From the NCBI RefSeq assembly GCF_006345805.1, contig NC_042998.1, positions 23,436,001-23,500,000 on the forward strand: a DNA stretch of 64,000 nt. Direction: 5' to 3'. This DNA is from Octopus sinensis. Lineage: Eukaryota. A program made the translations under genes and the position numbers. Below the pieces are notes generated by a model that was not told the origin of the DNA, did no database searches, and worked only from the letters and a program-made list of their open reading frames with translations. Position 1 is the first letter of the stretch; the number at the start of each line of letters is the position of its first letter. Below, in pieces: positions 62,298 through 64,000 of the stretch.

Positions 62298-62914
62298 AAA
62301 CAATAAAGAGTCCTACCACACAAGTGTTCAGTGTTTTCTTGATACAGTGTACATTTTCTACTATACTTTGATCTAACAACCACAGACTTATAAAAGTACT
62401 GAAGATTAAAACAAGTCATCGCAGAGCTATCTTTTCCCAGATATTGTTAATTGCTTAAAAAGTTTGTTCTGTAACCTCACAGGTTTGGCTTATATCTTCT
62501 ATTACTTCTATCTTCATTCGCAAGGCTGACTAAAGTATTGTCTATGAAATTTGGTTGTTAAATCGTGTGCAGAAGTCCATCACATAACTGAAATGGCAAA
62601 AGCAAAAAAATGTGTAAAAAGAAAAGAAATCTTTATGGTATGTTCCTGTACATAAATGAGGGCTTAGCCATTCATCACTTACAACACTAATAAAATAAGT
62701 ACTTTGGTTGATATAATTGACGAAAACTCTTGAATGTGGTACCCCTGGATGTTCATCGTCCAAACACTGAAACAATAAAAAAAAAAACAGAAATACTGGT
62801 TAAATGTTGAATACATTTTTTTTTAAGATATTCAAATCTTGTTGACTTTATGGTATTTGGGTACCTTAAACTGAGTCTGACCTATTGAAGTGAGCTTCTA
62901 TATTTTATAGTGAA

Positions 62915-63228
62915 AGCATGTGGCTTGGTGGTTAGGGGTATTTGGATCATGTTCATAAGGTCGTGAGTTCAATTCTTGGAGATACGTTATGTCCTTGAGC
63001 AAGACACTTTATTTCACATTGCTCTAGTTTCCTCTGCTGGCAAAACTGAGTTGTACTTGTACATTCAAAGAGCCATCCTTGTCACATTCTGTAATTTCTG
63101 AATTTCCCAAAGAACTACATTAAGTCTGTGGAGTGCTCAGCCACTTTCATGTTAATTTCATGAGCAGGCTGTTCCATTGATCAGACCAAGTGGAGCCCTT
63201 ATCAGCATAACTGACCAAGTGCCAGTTT
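62915..63228 (+). mobile_element. Old SINE with CORE-like body and the same tail as SINE C type 2
   Basis: ggcttggtggttagg...gagttcaattc...gtccttgagcaagacactt, then gtctgtggagtgctcagccactttcatgttaatttcatgagcaggctgttcc as at 11710-11760. Confidence 0.75.
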
Positions 63229-64000
63229 GTGTATTTTATAATATGAACAGGTAAGCACAAGTTAGGTGCATACCTCATGTTTATTTGTTGTTGTTTCCAG
63301 TGTTTATAAGAATCTGAAGAGATAAACTCTATAAATTGTTGTTTCATTTACTAAGTGCACAATTGCTAAGCACATAATAAAATAGAAAAATTTCTTTCCA
63401 TTGCAATAAAGCTAGAATTGCGATTATTCTATCCGTTCAACTACACCTACCCGTTTATATATATTACACACTATTGCATGAGATACCCCAATGCATTATA
63501 GGAGAGAGAATTATATCCAGAAATCACATGAGAATAAAAATGAATTTGTATTTTCTTTCATGTTGTCATTGAATTTTTTTGAAATACAAAAATAGTTTTG
63601 GTTAGTAAATGGCAAAGAAATTTTTTTATCTATTAAAGCTGAGAAAAAAATTTCATGTACTGAGAAAAAAATGTCATGTCATATACTATAAGATAAACAC
63701 ATGTCGGAAATATATTTTGTAGATCTTGTATATATATTCTAATTTCTGAATTTCCTTCTTTACGGGAATATCCCAAGCAGTTACTATCAACATAATATAT
63801 TTTCTAAAGAATTATGCCAATTACTGTATGAAAAATTACCTACCTGTTATAATCTGATGAAACATTTGCTACTGAATTGATTCTTTTGACTTCAAATGCT
63901 CAAATTCTCTACTCTAAAATTATGATGACTATTTTCATAATAATTATGTTGTAAATTATACAATATTTTTATTCTTGATATTTCTTGTCCATTTTATTTC

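Overview
AT-rich, repeat-dense eukaryotic DNA with no bacterial gene organisation, most likely octopus (coleoid cephalopod). That assignment is inferred from the tRNA-headed SINE families and heavy microsatellite load, not from a database search. None of the long ORFs in the track is a real gene: they come from (TATG)n, (TA)n, (TG)n or a 24-bp minisatellite, or from decayed transposases and reverse transcriptases. The window is a layered mosaic of SINEs (named A, B, C and F here for convenience only), CR1/Jockey-like and RTE LINE fragments, mariner and rosa-like transposons, hAT, piggyBac-like and Tigger-like MITEs, and Helitron remnants, many with readable target-site duplications (TSDs). A CpG-rich candidate 5' exon with a strong-context ATG at 18832, followed by a sharp loss of CpG near 21.5 kb, suggests a large plus-strand gene whose first intron covers much of the window. 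I could not identify the gene or any further exon. The most unusual signals are: (1) SINE A moves as TSD-flanked dimers with one fixed internal junction, often lands on GGTA(T) sites and nests in its own family; (2) one SINE C head carries four different tails, one of which is also used by a different head; (3) a 401-bp RTE-like 5'+3' element whose 5' end resembles an HDV-like ribozyme; (4) three long inverted repeats in the presumed intron; (5) a decayed 28S rRNA domain V fragment abutting a LINE 3' end.
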